A stretch of 63,984 bases of DNA, counting the filler, from Octopus bimaculoides (Eukaryota), in NCBI RefSeq assembly GCF_001194135.2. It is 7 parts of 6 records of this genome, joined end to end, with 100 filler letters (N's around TTAATTAATTAA, not from the genome) between each part and the next. Parts side by side here need not be neighbours in the genome. Positions count along the whole stretch, not along the records: positions 19,594 to 35,625 come from NC_068988.1; positions 35,726 to 43,660 come from NC_068983.1; 5 more parts are not named here. One strand, 5' to 3'. The position numbers and the translations under genes were made by a program. Positions 23,071-36,559 of this stretch are shown piece after piece; the stretch's first letter is position 1; every line of letters starts with the position of its first letter. The notes below the pieces were generated by a model. The model saw only the letters and a program-made list of their open reading frames with translations, had not been told where the DNA came from and did not search any database.

Positions 23071-26000
23071 GTCTCAAACACTTACTGCTTTGCATTATTT
23101 TTGAAACTTTCAATGATGTGTCCTTAACTAATTTTCACGTTATATCATACGTGCATTGAAATATTAGCTGAAGAATAAAATTGTTTTTCCAGCTTCATTT
23201 TCTAATTACCAAACAATATATGTTTTTTCAAATTCTAAACCATCAACTGCCTCACACTCACAACTATGTAGCTCACAGAGTAACGTCAGGTAAAAAAAAG
23301 TAACGCAAAATCGCAGACGCATCACAAATGATTCATATTTTTTCTGAATCACACCCATATGCTGTACATAAAACCTCCGTTCCTCAAAGTTTAATAGTCA
23401 CACTATAAAAGCCACGATAGCATTACAAGTTACGGTGTCGCATTGATGTTTCCAATTCTCACGATATACTTTGGATTCAGGTTATATTTCTGTAAAACAA
23501 ACCTCGCGCATTTGAGTTACTCTTATAGATATACGCACACACAAAGCCACAAACGCACATTTACATTCACACACACATATATGACATACACGTATAAGCA
23601 TATATTCGTTTATATGTGTATTGGTTGTGGTTGTGGTGGTGGTGGTGGTGGTGGTGGTGGTAGCGGGGCTATATGTTAATATATGATGGGGGTTATATAT
23701 TAATATATTATTACGGAAAGATGATATATTCGTTATTGGAGCTTTATGCTCGCTATTTTCGGCTGTTAGATGTTGAAGTTAGGAAAATTTAAATCGCAAA
23801 TTTCTGTTTATTGGAATAAAATGTCATTTGAGATTTACACTTATAATATTTTATGGTGATTGCCATTACATGCTATGATCAGTTCCCAGCAGATCACAAA
23901 GAATAAGAGTATATTGCCAATTTAGGTGTTTGTAATATCTAGTCCGTGGCTTCAATTTGACTATAAATCTTTGCTCGGATAGAAAACCATGATAATGTAG
24001 ATAACATAATCATATGTTTAGACAGCATTTCACACAGATGCTCAATATGTCATAGCTCGAATTGGAACAAAATGACCATGCTAGATTTTCAAGTCGTTTC
24101 CTTCGATGTTTTAGTTCAAATCCAAGTCAATTATTATATTGTTTTGCTTCAATAGCCAAATGAACTATTCTTCCTCCTTAAAATTTATAAAGTTTTGTTG
24201 GCGGCTTCTCTTTCTCTTTACGTGCTACATGTACAGCGGTCGGAGATGATAGGCCTCCGTGGCAGTGTTTGAAAATGCAAGCAATTTCTTAAGAAAGATA
24301 CACGATTAGTTTCTCGTTGATTTATATCAGTATATTTATAGTTTACTTTCGTAGTTGCCTGCTCTCTCGAGCTTGAAATTGAGGCACCGAAACTATATAA
24401 CACTAAACTCTATACATCTATGTAGCACTACACTTATTAACGTGGCATTACGGACACTCTACATATTGCTGGAACTGTGTGGTATATGTGTAATGAATAA
24501 ACTTTCTTTGAGTTCCTAAAAGCTTAGCGAAAGGAGCATGTTTTATTAGTTGAACAAGAAACACTTCGGCCAGAGTTCCTGTAGGGTAACGGGGGACTAA
24601 AGGTAATTCTATGCCCCACAAAACTCCTGAAATGTCAAGCCGGAAACTTTCCACTGGATGCACATGAATGTCTTCCTCAGGTCCACTTATGACATCGTTA
24701 GAAAAAAATATATAGGACTAGTGCTCAATACCACGATCCCAAATCTTATGAGAGATAGGAAATACAAAAAGAAAAGTATATCAAAATAGGAGCAGTGCAT
24801 CACAATTTTTAATATTTGAAAGTAAGGCCAAAGTTTGATTTCATACTTCACAATGGACTTCGCTATTTGAAACTGTGGTCAGTTTGTAATGTTCGAATAC
24901 CTCGTGGATAAAGGTGGCATTACAATATGTGATACATGTTCAGCGCATCAGTATTCATTCTAAGTTACAATAAGAATTAGCAATGAAGCTTCTGCGTACA
25001 AGCCATGATCCCTCTACACAAACACGTTATATATCTATATATATATATATATATCCATTTGAAGTAATCGTGTCGATGATAACTCAATGTATTTCCGTTT
25101 TTATCCATATATGTAAGTTTGAAACCACTTGGGTGGTGTAGATTATTACCTTAATTTCGACATTATCTTACCTGCAGGGAACACTATAGTCACGTTGATC
25201 TTAGAAATTTTTCTTTTCAATCATTGTTATCGACAATTACCTGTAATCTTTTATGCAATAGTGCAACACCTATTTGAAATAATATATTCATAAACGGTTT
25301 TCAAACTATATTGAAGATAACATCCACAGAGAATTATTTATAGAGAAGCTACACATTGCAGATTTTGAAACTGCAACTTGTTCTATATTTATCTTAAATA
25401 TTTTATATACTGAGATACCATGTAAGAGTAGCACGAAAATGTCATCTATTGTTGTTTATATATGAACAAAAGAATACATTGTTCAAACTATGACTCCATA
25501 GCAACAGTGAGTATTGGTCAAAAGAAGGATTTTAACTTTCTTTATGATTTCTAACGTTCACCATTCGAGATTCGAGTGTATATAACTCTATACATCAATT
25601 TAGCATTATTTACTGCCATTTTTGTTTAGAAGAACTCAGTCTGTACACAAGCAGCTTGAAACGCTATTCCCAGACCCTTAGTAACAGAATGTAATACTTT
25701 AGAATTAGCAAAGTGCGAGAATCTACAAATTAATGCTACGTTCATTGTTACAAATTGCTTGTCATCGTTGGATGAGAATATGGCATTAAATGAAATATTA
25801 TGGCATTAAATGGAAGATCCATGAAAATAAACTAAACAACCATATTTAAGATAAAGTGAAATTTTTTCGATAAAAAAAAAATGTTGGTAAAAGCAAATGG
25901 TTAGCAAGTATGTATTACCCGATGATGACATAAACGTCATTTGTTAAAGTTATTTTGTTTATTGGGACAAGTCTACCAGCACTTGTCCGTAGCATTAGCC

Positions 26001-26382
26001 TAACGTGGTGAAGCATATTCTATGCGTTTTCTGGAAAAGTGATGAAATAATTCTAAAGTAGATTTAAAATGACATAAAATCTAAGTCAAAAAGATTAGAA
26101 TTATGCACTTAATAAATGAATCTTAGATGCTATCTGCATGAGAACATAATCAGTATGTTAGCTTATGGAGGCAGAAGCAACACGTGAAGAAAATCACTAA
26201 GTAAATAGTGTACCTGGCTAGGCATAGTTAATTAATTATCCCACGGAAATAAAAATAATAAATTATCTTCAAATAAAGTTTTTTTCTGGAAAACTTTAAG
26301 CAAGTGAAAGTTAATGTATTGTTAGATAATCATACGTATATACAGCAAAACGTATCGAAATTTTCTATGAAAGCAAGAGAGA

Positions 26383-26507
26383 TTAGAAAATACATGTTCA
26401 TTATATATATTTCAAGTATATTTCCTCCAGCATTATTTGAAAATATATAATGAACATGTATTTTCTAATTCAAATAATGCTGGAGGAAATATACTTGAAA
26501 TATATAT
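26383..26507. repeat. Interleaved double inverted repeat X-Y-X'-Y'
   Basis: 26383-26408 is the exact reverse complement of 26443-26468 (26 bp). 26403-26441 is the exact reverse complement of 26469-26507 (39 bp). Confidence 0.95.
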
Positions 26508-26701
26508 CAATATGTATTAATTAACAAAAAGTTTTTATATGATGATAATTACAATGGCAAAACCAGGATAGAAACAAAAAATAACTAACGTGATTTCAAC
26601 CGAAATTTACGTACTATCATCATGCATATTCTAATGAAAGGGATAATATATATCCGCTAGTAATCATAACCGGATCAGCTAAACACACACATGCACACAC
26701 A

Positions 26702-26744
<43 letters not shown>

Positions 26745-27565
26745 ACACACGCTCACGCACACTCACACGCATGCACACACATGCACACGCATGCACACAC
26801 ATAATGTGTATGCCTAAGTGTGTAGAGCATATGTATATCTTAATATATAAAAGAGAGTATGTGTGTGTGTGTGAGTGTGTGTGCGAGTGTGTGTGTTTGT
26901 GCATGAGTGCTTATGTGTGCATCTGTGTGTGCGTATGTGTGCGTCTGTGTGTTCGTGCGCGTGTTCTTTCTGATTCGAAACTGAGGGGCCGATTTTGAGG
27001 TATAAGGTGTTAAAAGATTCAGTTATCTTTCGGCTCCCAAATAAATTTATTTTCATTTACGTATTTGTATTACTAAAATTTATTATTATTATCTTTCTTT
27101 AAGTAAACTATCGTAAACTATATTTTATACCACCACTACCATCATCATGACGTCACATTCGCTATATGAGTGTGCATGTGTCTGTCAGTGTGTGTGTTTG
27201 CGCATTCGTTACGTACATTAGACCGATGACTGAGAATTATATGTGTGTGAGTGTACATGATGATTTGACTGATTTGGCAGCACTCAAAACACTCGCAAAT
27301 TATATATGGAAACAATGTTATTTTGGTTATTATAACAAATTTGGAAACTTGGTGAAGTAGAAAGCCTTAACGGCTCTTTCAATATAATTACAGAAATGTT
27401 ATTCCAGTTCTTATAACCAGGTTGAAGATAATGCTTTTTTAACTGTCCTTGCGTCCTTATCATATTTCTGCTCTGCTGCTTTATCAGTGTGAATATTCAA
27501 TGCCGTGCAAAGTCTTTACTGCATTAGTCAGTATTTATTCTACAGCCTTACACAATTATAATATA

Positions 27566-28841
27566 TCAGGTTATCCCATAAGTTCTGTCCGATTTTTGAA
27601 TAAAGAACACAAGTGATCAAATGTTATATTTAATTGAAATTTAATCATCAATGTGCTTTCCCTAATTATCTATGACTATCTTCCATCTATTTACAAGCTT
27701 TTTAATCTCATCAATGTAAAACTCTTTTGGTTTCAAAGCGAAGAACTCTGAAATGTCAGTTTAGATCTCCTCCTGGCTTGCGAAAGTTATGTCCCCCAAA
27801 TGATTCTGTGAACTACGAAACGAAAGGTAGTTTGAAAGAGCAAGGCCGGGAGAATAGGGTGGATGAGGAATTTTTTCCCAACAAAGCTCTTCGATCTTCT
27901 GTGATGTGATCTTTGCAGCGTGGGGGTCACTCCTTTTTGATTCACTAAAGTGGGTCATTTTTACTCCTAAGTTTGGTTTAAACGCTCTGGTTGCTGACAG
28001 TAGACTTGATCATTGATTGTTGCATTAGGTGGTAACAATTCACAGTGAATTACTCCTTTGCAATCCCACCAGATAAAGCGAAGAACCTATTCCCCATGAA
28101 GCTCTCTCTTCGGTTGTGGTTGAGCTTTTTCCCTTTTACCAAGCCACTGTTTACGACGTTTAACATTTCGATAGAAGATCCATTTTTCATCATCAGTCTT
28201 AAGTCTATCCCAAAAGGGTAAAATGAGTTCGCGAGAATGGAGAGAAGAGCAGATGTCAACTCGGGATTTGTGTTTGCTTTCGGACAATTCATAAGGCACA
28301 CATTTTCCAAGTTTAGGAACCTTTCCAAGTTATTGAAGATGACGATAAACTCTTGTGTGTTTTGAACTAAGCATTATTGCCAATTCTTCAACTGATATTG
28401 CCGGATTTTCTTCAAGTAATGCCTCAAGGAGCTTATCATCAAACTCAACTGGACGTCCTGTTCGAACCTCATCTTCAAGGCTGAAATCTCCACTTCTGAA
28501 TTTTGCAAACGATCTGCTGCAAGTTCTTTCATACAGGCATTTTTTCCCATAAACTGAGTGTATGTTTCGAGTCGGTTCGGCTGCAGAGTTTCCTTTTTTT
28601 TTTTTTTGGTACTCATAAAGCATTATGTGCCTCAAATGCTCTTTGGATACCTCCATGTTAGAAAGGGCTTTAATCAAAGAACTTTTAATTCTATTATTCT
28701 GTAAAATAATATTTAATTAGTTTAAATGTACACAAATGCATAAATATATATTTTAAATTCCATTAGACATTCTAAAATACTACTAAATTTCATTCAATTT
28801 TAAAAAGGGTATAATTGGACAGAACTTATGGGATGACCTGA
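27566..28841 (-). mobile_element. Full-length (1276 bp) decayed mariner transposon
   Basis: TIRs TCAGGT(T/C)ATCCCATAAGTTCTGTCC with flanking TA. Transposase motifs LRHIMLYEY, GRP, (C)VPYEL, DEKW and HPPYSP. Frameshifts and stops, and the third catalytic D is read as N. Confidence 0.93.
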
Positions 28842-29270
28842 TAGAATAAGTGATGTCAAATTTATTTATGTCTAGCTTCATACATCTTTCAGCAAATGCT
28901 TTAAAGTAATTAACGTTCACAAAAGCAACATATTCCTTTATACACACTTTGTTCAGCTTTCGTTTAAAAATTGTAAAATAGTAGTTTTTTTTGTATGAAA
29001 AATTGAAATATGCCTTCTGAATTTTCGTTGAGATTGACTTACTTCACCATGACATTAAATCCTATACATTTAGTATATGTTCCAAATAAATGTTGAATTT
29101 CTGCACATTGGTGACGCGTAATAAATTTTGCTAAATTAGTGACTTTCCGTCGCTGGAATGCTACAGAAAGTATTTTTTGCACCTATACTGACTAAATTTC
29201 GTTTCGCATAAACTTCGTGTGTGTACGTTTTGCTGTTTTCTGTATCATCAATTGTATGAGTGTCTATGTG

Positions 29271-29320
<50 letters not shown>

Positions 29321-29329
29321 NNNNNNNNN

Positions 29330-30975
29330 NGTGTGTTCATTTCCACGTTTGTTACGTCTATCGTAAACTATAGTAAAGGAAATTGTACGCCGTTTTAATG
29401 AGCCCATGTCTAATGATGGAGGCATCCTTATGATAGATATTACCCATGAAAATCGCGATATTCTCATTCGTGTTCGAGATAGCAAACTTATACGTGCTTG
29501 AGAAACTCACCCCTTTTATGATGCTCTCCAGTATCCTGTTACTCTTGTGGAATGGACAAGATGGGTATTATTTGAATATTCCAAAGTTTGACCTTGGAAC
29601 AGGAGAGCCAATTACAAACAAAAAGATGATGTCAATGACTTCTGTTCTTACCAACTGATGTTAAAATCAGAACAATCAAATCAATTACACATGTATCGTT
29701 ATCTACTTCAGCAACACCTGGTTGATATGCTAAAGTTGGGAGTCAGCGTCTCCTCTACAGTCGTAACAATCAAAAAGTTAAGGGCTAAAAATTATGTACT
29801 TCACAAAGATGCACTGAGGAGAGATGGGGAAAACATGGGGCAACTTATTTTCCACCCATGGGAATACTCCAAAACATGGGGCAACTTATATTCCACCCAT
29901 CATCATTCACAAGTGATCCACAATATATGCACGAACGATCACAAGATGGTCTGACATATATAAAGACATGTGGAAAACTAGATCTTTTTGTCACTTTCAC
30001 CTACAATCCTAAATGGGACGAAATAAAATCTAAACTTCTAGTGTTGCATCTTTTGATATTACAGCTACCCTCCTCAATGGGAGAAGAACTGCTTATTGCA
30101 CGTTCAAGCTCCCTCTACACCTTGCAATGAAAGAATCTCAAATGTGAAACATTTGCAAAAATTTGCAATGGCAACAGTTCTCCAACAAATTGCTTCATTG
30201 TTTGGGATGAGTGTACCATCACATTGTGGAGCTCCATAGGTATGTAACAGTAACCTCCAAGACATAAAATCAATAGCATGCTCATAGGAGGAATAACAGT
30301 TCTTGCAGGAGATTTTCGTTAAACGTTTTTAGTTATACCCAAAGGATCAAAAGCTGCTGAGATCAATGCGTGCTTCAAAAAATCGTACCTTTGGAGACGT
30401 GAAAAAACTTCATCTTTTACGCAACATCAGAGTACTTCTACAAAGTGATCATACGACTTATTAAGATTTGTAAATGGATATTAACATTGAACTCAAGGCT
30501 TCAGAAACATGAAATTACATGCGGTCAAATGATACTTCTTCTTAGAGATCTTATAGATAAAGTATTTCCTAATTTAGCTATCAATTACACTGTTATAAAC
30601 TGGCTATGTGAAACAGCTATACTAACTCCAATTAATGAAATAGTCGATAAACTCAAGAATTAACTTCAAAAGTTAACAGATACTTCAGAAATGACTTTTT
30701 GATCAACTCACAACAGTCGATCAAGATCAGGTTGTTCAATACACTGTTCAATTTCTGAACATTCTTAAACCCACTGAAATGCAACCGCATAACTTGACAC
30801 TAAATTAGGTGCTCCCATTACGTTGCTTAGGAATTTTGACCCATCTCACCTGTGTAATGAAACTCGCTTATAAGTAACAATCATAACAGGTAGTCACAAA
30901 GGAGAAAATATCTTTATTCCTCTTATACCTACAGATGTTCCATTTGAATTTTAAGACGCATCAATTTCCAAACTA
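29330..30975 (+). mobile_element. Internally deleted, decayed Helitron (Rep + PIF1 helicase remnants)
   Basis: YDALQYP, PSSFTSDPQYMHERSQD...DLFVTFTYNPKWDEI, WDECT, AGDFR, DKVFPNL...WLCETAILTP and LLRNFDP. Confidence 0.88.
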
Positions 30976-31479
30976 ACCAACTAATATACTAAAGATCGGC
31001 AGTTTTTGACTGAATTTTTAACCTAAATTCTTTCAGATACTTTTTGATAGAATGGCAGTCGGGATAATATAAAATGGCTAAATTTCTCTTACACTTCTCT
31101 CTTATGAAAACTAAGACATATTTAATCCGATGATTGTATTTTTTATCTTTTATTTTAACTCGTTCTGCTATTAGACCGCACCCATACTGGGGCATCTTTT
31201 TCAAGAATTTTCGTCGAATGAATCGGCCCAATTACATCTTTCTTTTTTTTTAAGCATGATACTTATTTTGCTGACTTGTTTTGCCGAACCACTACGTTAT
31301 GGCTAACTAAACACACTACCAGGCTTTTGTTAAGCGCTTGTGGGGGACAAACATAGAAATAAAGACTTTCTTTCCATCACACACATGCGCGCTCGCAGAC
31401 ACTCACATGCAAACATACACACATATACATCAGGCTTCTTTCGGTTTCCCCTTTAAGAGATGTTCATCATTTCATTCTG

Positions 31480-33330
31480 TTTATTTTTATTAACATTCCA
31501 GAAAAGACAAAATAGCTTTCTTCTAGTTTGCTATGTATTTAGAGAACTATTGTACGAGGTATCCTCTGTCTGTTACAATGAGTCAACTATTTAGTTACTT
31601 TTCTATTTGCTTACTGATGTACAAACATTTTGTAATTGGACTAAATCATCCACATTCTGTCCTTCGTGGATTTCAAAAAGTGCCAAGTATTTTAGAATGT
31701 TGTGATGATTAGCTTGCTTTGTGATTTTGTCCTCTGCACATGATTTTGCTGGTTGCTTTCTATTTTGTGTCAGCTGAATCATTGGTATGCAATTACGTAC
31801 TTTGTCATCTATTGTTATTCACTTCGGTATTCGTAGTTATTCAAGTAAAATGGTTCCATCTGTTTGAAAGAGTCAATCTTATTAATCAGAAGATTGTATT
31901 ATAATCATCAACATGTGATATGCTCATATAGGCGAATATCAGTTCCTTTTTGAACATTTTTTTAGAGCAAAAATCTATCATTTGCTATCAATGTTTGTCG
32001 TTAATGCAAGAGATAGTAGCAAAGCTTAATATGAAGTGTGTAGGAATATTTATAAGGATAACTAGAGACAAACTTTGAATTTCACTTAGGCTTAAGAACT
32101 CAGATTTGATCTTTTCGTTAGTCTCTGTAGAATCTATATATTCTTGAATGTATAATTGAAATTTGCTGTGGTTTCTTTTTGTTGTTTTCTCGAAATTCAG
32201 AATTTAGTTTTTATAGGTACATGCATCCGGAAAAAAAATCCTTGGTCATTCTTTAAAACAAGTAAGCAATTGGTAGCATTCTTGTTCACTGTTTATAAAC
32301 ATCATTTCATTGTTACGATGTTTGATCCCCAAGAAAGTAAATCTATTTGCAAATATATAGACATAGTCGTTAATCGTTTCTAAATATTCAGGATCATTTT
32401 CTGAGTCAATCTTTAGCCAAATAACCAACTGGGATTCAGATATTGCCATTTCTAAGCTTCTGTCAACAATACCATTAAATATATATTTCACATTCATTGT
32501 CATGTTAATGTTTCTTTTACGTTATTTGATACTATTCCTATACATATTTTCATTGTTCTCGCCTGAGAAAACGCTAGATTAATAATTCATGGCTTTCTCT
32601 TATTTTACATGATTTACGTTCCCAAATTAAATGTATTGTTTTACAGTGACTGTCTTTCGCATTTGACATCTATGCACAAAACTTTTTTTCATTTACTGTT
32701 TTTTTTTTTTCAAGATGACCCCAACCTTTTTATTACACGTAAATATTCATTTTATTTAAATTCGTAAAACCTTTTCTTCGGGGGTATATATGTGTCTTGT
32801 CTTTCTCTTATCCTCTTAGTATTTTCATAAGCCAAACTTTATATTTACATCTGTAGTTTCATGATTAAAAGTAAACATATTTTTAATAACAGAGATTTTA
32901 TCCAAATCTTCGGAAGTGCAATAACATTTTCTATAACCATTCTGATTAAAATTTCTATTAAATTAAAATTCTAAAGAATTGATTTCATATGAGATTAAGA
33001 TATTTTCAACTGATGTTTGATCATTTCTTAAGCCATAGATATTCTATTTGTTACAAATTAGAATACCGTAAAGCAATATGATTTTACAGAGATGACTTCA
33101 ACGACATAGTAGAACGTCACATTAAATTCGTGTATGCAGGTTCCACTTTCACATGTCAGACATTCGTTTTTTTTTGTGTGTTTCTTTTCAAAATAGGTAG
33201 GATTACAAACTAATTCAATATGCTTTTCTTTTTTTAACTTGGTAAGTTGGGTCATGAATTGACTTCCTTTGCTTGAAATAGCTGCTCCAGCAACAGTGTA
33301 GAGGGGAGTCGATCCTTCCGTTCGTGGCGT
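31480..33330 (-). pseudogene. Possible decayed intronless coding sequence of unknown family
   Basis: Long stretches of non-repetitive, protein-like reading frame (ORFs 33058-33255 and 32246-32503) broken by stops and frameshifts. No confident motif. Confidence 0.3.
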
Positions 33331-34629
33331 TGATGGTCCACTAATTTCATGAAGATTAGTATAGTCTACTGTTTAAACATGCGTATTTTATTTTATTTTA
33401 CAAATATATTTGGCAATGAAAGAAAACATATAATTGTTTATATTCTTTACTAATGGTGTTGAAGAATATTTCAGATAGATTTTCTTCCACTAGGTGAGAG
33501 TATAAAATGATATATTGCTTCAAATGATGTCATGTAGATGGAACATGGGCCAACACATGGATATTATCAGAGGGTAACGATATACATTAAGGTTATTGAA
33601 GGGGCGTATTTCAGAAACAATTTCGAAGTGATATTATATTGGCTCCTTCCATTCTGGATTCCCGTTACAAAGGACTCGACATTAGTATTTACTAATTGTA
33701 AATGAATAATTTTAAATAGCATTTATACAATGGTTGATACATTAAAGAATTATGTATTCGCTAGACTGTGTAGCTACTGGCAAGTTGTAGACATCAACAT
33801 TCATTTTCTGGTATGTTCGATAGGACATGCAATGTGCCTGATGGACAGGTATCACACAGTTACATTCAAAGTTACTTTCATGAACATAAAAACAAGTGCT
33901 TCACATATTTAAGGTTGAGCCATTCCACTACCATCTGGAAGAGACATCTTCGTTCCGGACTTATAACGAAATCAATATCTAGGTGGATTTACATAATGTT
34001 TGTAATATATATATAAATTATTGCAGGATGCGATGAATTTTAGAATACATGTAGTGGAAAAGTAAAGAAAAGCAATTAAAATCCACAGGTTAAGGGAGCG
34101 CTTCAAACATAGCACGAAATAAATTATACTTTCCGAAGATTCCGAATATTTTCAACAAGCCCAATTCATGAAAAGATATTGCGTTACATATATACCTGTC
34201 TATGTGTGTGAGTGGGTTTGTGCGTGCATATACATGTGTGTATTTATATTCATGTATGAATATATAAATATATATATATAAGCAAAATATANNNNNNNNN
34301 NNNNNNNNNNNNNNNNNNNNNNNNNNNNNNNNNNNNNNNNNNNNNNNNNNNNNNNNNNNNNNNNNNNNNNNNNNNNNNNNNNNNNNNNNNNNNNNNNNNN
34401 NNNNNNNNNNNNNNNNNNNNNNNNNNNNNNNNNNNNNNNNNNNNNNNNNNNNNNNNNNNNNNNATATATATATAAATGTAAATATATATCTATGTATAAT
34501 GTAAATATATAACAAAAAAATATAAATATATATGAATATAAATAAATATATATAAATATACATATGTATCTATATATAACTATATATAAATAGATACATA
34601 TATATGAATATACTCATATTGACGCGTTC

Positions 34630-34830
34630 TAACCTTATAGCGTTTTCACACTTTCTTCTTAAAAAGTCGAAACCATTCGCGAACAGAACCGAGAAGTGTA
34701 AGCTTTGTGTAACCGGAAAGGTACAAGTCTTATCAATATCTGATATTTCAGACTTAATTTTGAACTGGCGATTCGAAATATTTAGTGGATGTAGACATAT
34801 GTACAGATGCATTTTAGAAAAACTGGAAGA
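34630..34830 (+). mobile_element. Penelope-like (Naiad-type) GIY-YIG C-terminal fragment
   Basis: LKKSKPFANRTEKCKLC...LNWRFEIFSGCRH. Confidence 0.75.
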
Positions 34831-35049
34831 TCCCACCGCCACCGAATTGACCGACTTTTATTTTATGCTTTATTATATTTTTTCTATATTTTCTTAACTT
34901 TTTTGAAATTTTTCGTTCATTTTATAATACGATTTGTTCGGTTCATATCTTACAATATAGTTATTCCAACTTTTCTCCATTCTAGCATTTTTCGGGTAAA
35001 TTATCTTCGATATTAAAAGATACTTAAAACGATTTACATTTTTCTATTT

Positions 35050-35290
<241 letters not shown>

Positions 35291-35336
35291 TCGAAAATAC
35301 CTTAGGAATGAGAGTCCAGGTTCAACATTTCTCCAA

Positions 35337-35382
35337 GACACCTGATGAAGGCTGGAGTGTATATCAGGCGAATCGTTGTGTT
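35337..35382 (+). ncRNA. Degenerate minimal (dimeric-type) hammerhead ribozyme-like motif
   Basis: gacac-CTGATGA-aggctg...caggc-GAAT-CGTT-gtgtt. Stem I gacac/gtgtt and stem II are present. The core reads GAAT instead of GAAA and stem II has one mismatch. Confidence 0.5.
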
Positions 35383-35724
35383 AACAATAAACAAGATGAG
35401 GTCAAATATCCGTCAAATGTAAATAATGTAAATGATGAAGTTAATTATTGTTGATTATTAAGAAAGTGGTCATTCGCCCAAAATAAACGGTATTGAAATA
35501 GAATTTCGTTGAGTGCGTGCAGTACATCACGAGGTTAACATATCCACTACCTAAATGTTTATGCACACACGCGCGTGTGCGCATACATACATACATACAT
35601 ACATATAAATAAATATGTATATATANNNNNNNNNNNNNNNNNNNNNNNNNNNNNNNNNNNNNNNNNNNNTTAATTAATTAANNNNNNNNNNNNNNNNNNN
35701 NNNNNNNNNNNNNNNNNNNNNNNN

Positions 35725-36187
35725 NGTAGGATGTGTGCAGTGCCCAGTAGTGCAATTTTCTGTATGTTATATATATTTGTAAGCCCTGGTGTTTTTGTTA
35801 TGTATTTGTCTGAATATTTTTTTATTATACCTAAGGCACCTACTATGATAGGAATTGTTTCTGCTTTTAGATTCCACATTCGAGTTACCTCTATTTCCAG
35901 GTCTTTGTATTTTGAAAGTTTTTCCATTTCTTTTAGGGAAACGTTGTCATCTGCTGGTATTGATACATCAATTAGAAAGCATTCTTTTTTCCTTCATGAT
36001 CTTTGACAACTATATCTGGTCTATTTGCCTTAATTTCTCTATCTGTGTGTATTAGCATATCCCAGAGTATGTTTGCTTTCTCGATTTCTGTGACCTTTTC
36101 TGGCGTGTGTTTATACCATCATTTTTCTGTTGTTATTCCATAGTGTTGGCATAGCTTCCAGTGTATATAGGTCTCAGCTCTGTCGTG

Positions 36188-36190
<3 letters not shown>
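35725..36190 (-). mobile_element. R4/Dong-type LINE 3' fragment (restriction-like endonuclease)
   Basis: RPDIVVKD...FLIDVSIP...EKLSKYKDLEIEV..MW...IVGALG. Abuts (TAA)n at 36188-36267. Confidence 0.85.
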
Positions 36191-36269
<79 letters not shown>

Positions 36270-36559
36270 CTTCAATTTTCTTTCCATTTCTTGCTGAGTG
36301 TCTTTCCGACACCCAGGACAAAGAAATTCACTGTATACATTGATAACCCACTAAAATAAACACAACAGATTGTTGATCGTTTTCACGGCGACAATGCTCT
36401 CTTCAATACGTGTGACATAGCAATTAAAACAACTTTTTGCACTTCTTGCAGGGATGGTTGGTAAGCCTTTTTTTTAAATTCCTAGTGCTACTACAATTTC
36501 TGGTATTGTGACCACCTTGAGGCACCTCATTTTTTTTCAATTTCAATGAGAAAATCTTT

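Noticed and set aside
24120-24180. GGRIVHLAIEAKQY, an ankyrin-like peptide on the minus strand
   Set aside because: Flanked by in-frame stops and lacking a convincing donor. Probably chance.
24660-24960. GPCR TM7-like peptide on the minus strand
   Set aside because: Only hydrophobic composition, with multiple stops and no collinear additional motifs.
24448-25269. ORF 24448-24663 (-) plus putative microexons at 25172-25183 and 25241-25269 as upstream exons of gene A
   Set aside because: No ankyrin or Mind bomb motif, weak acceptor, the ORF ends in a stop rather than a donor, and it lies beyond a scaffold-join spacer.
25964-25988. 8-bp stem hairpin ggacaagt/acttgtcc
   Set aside because: Too short to be significant in 64 kb.
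33480-34010. Possible hAT transposase remnant (SILDSRYKGL) or hammerhead-like CTGGAAGA...GAAA
   Set aside because: A single short motif each, with no supporting stems or additional domains.
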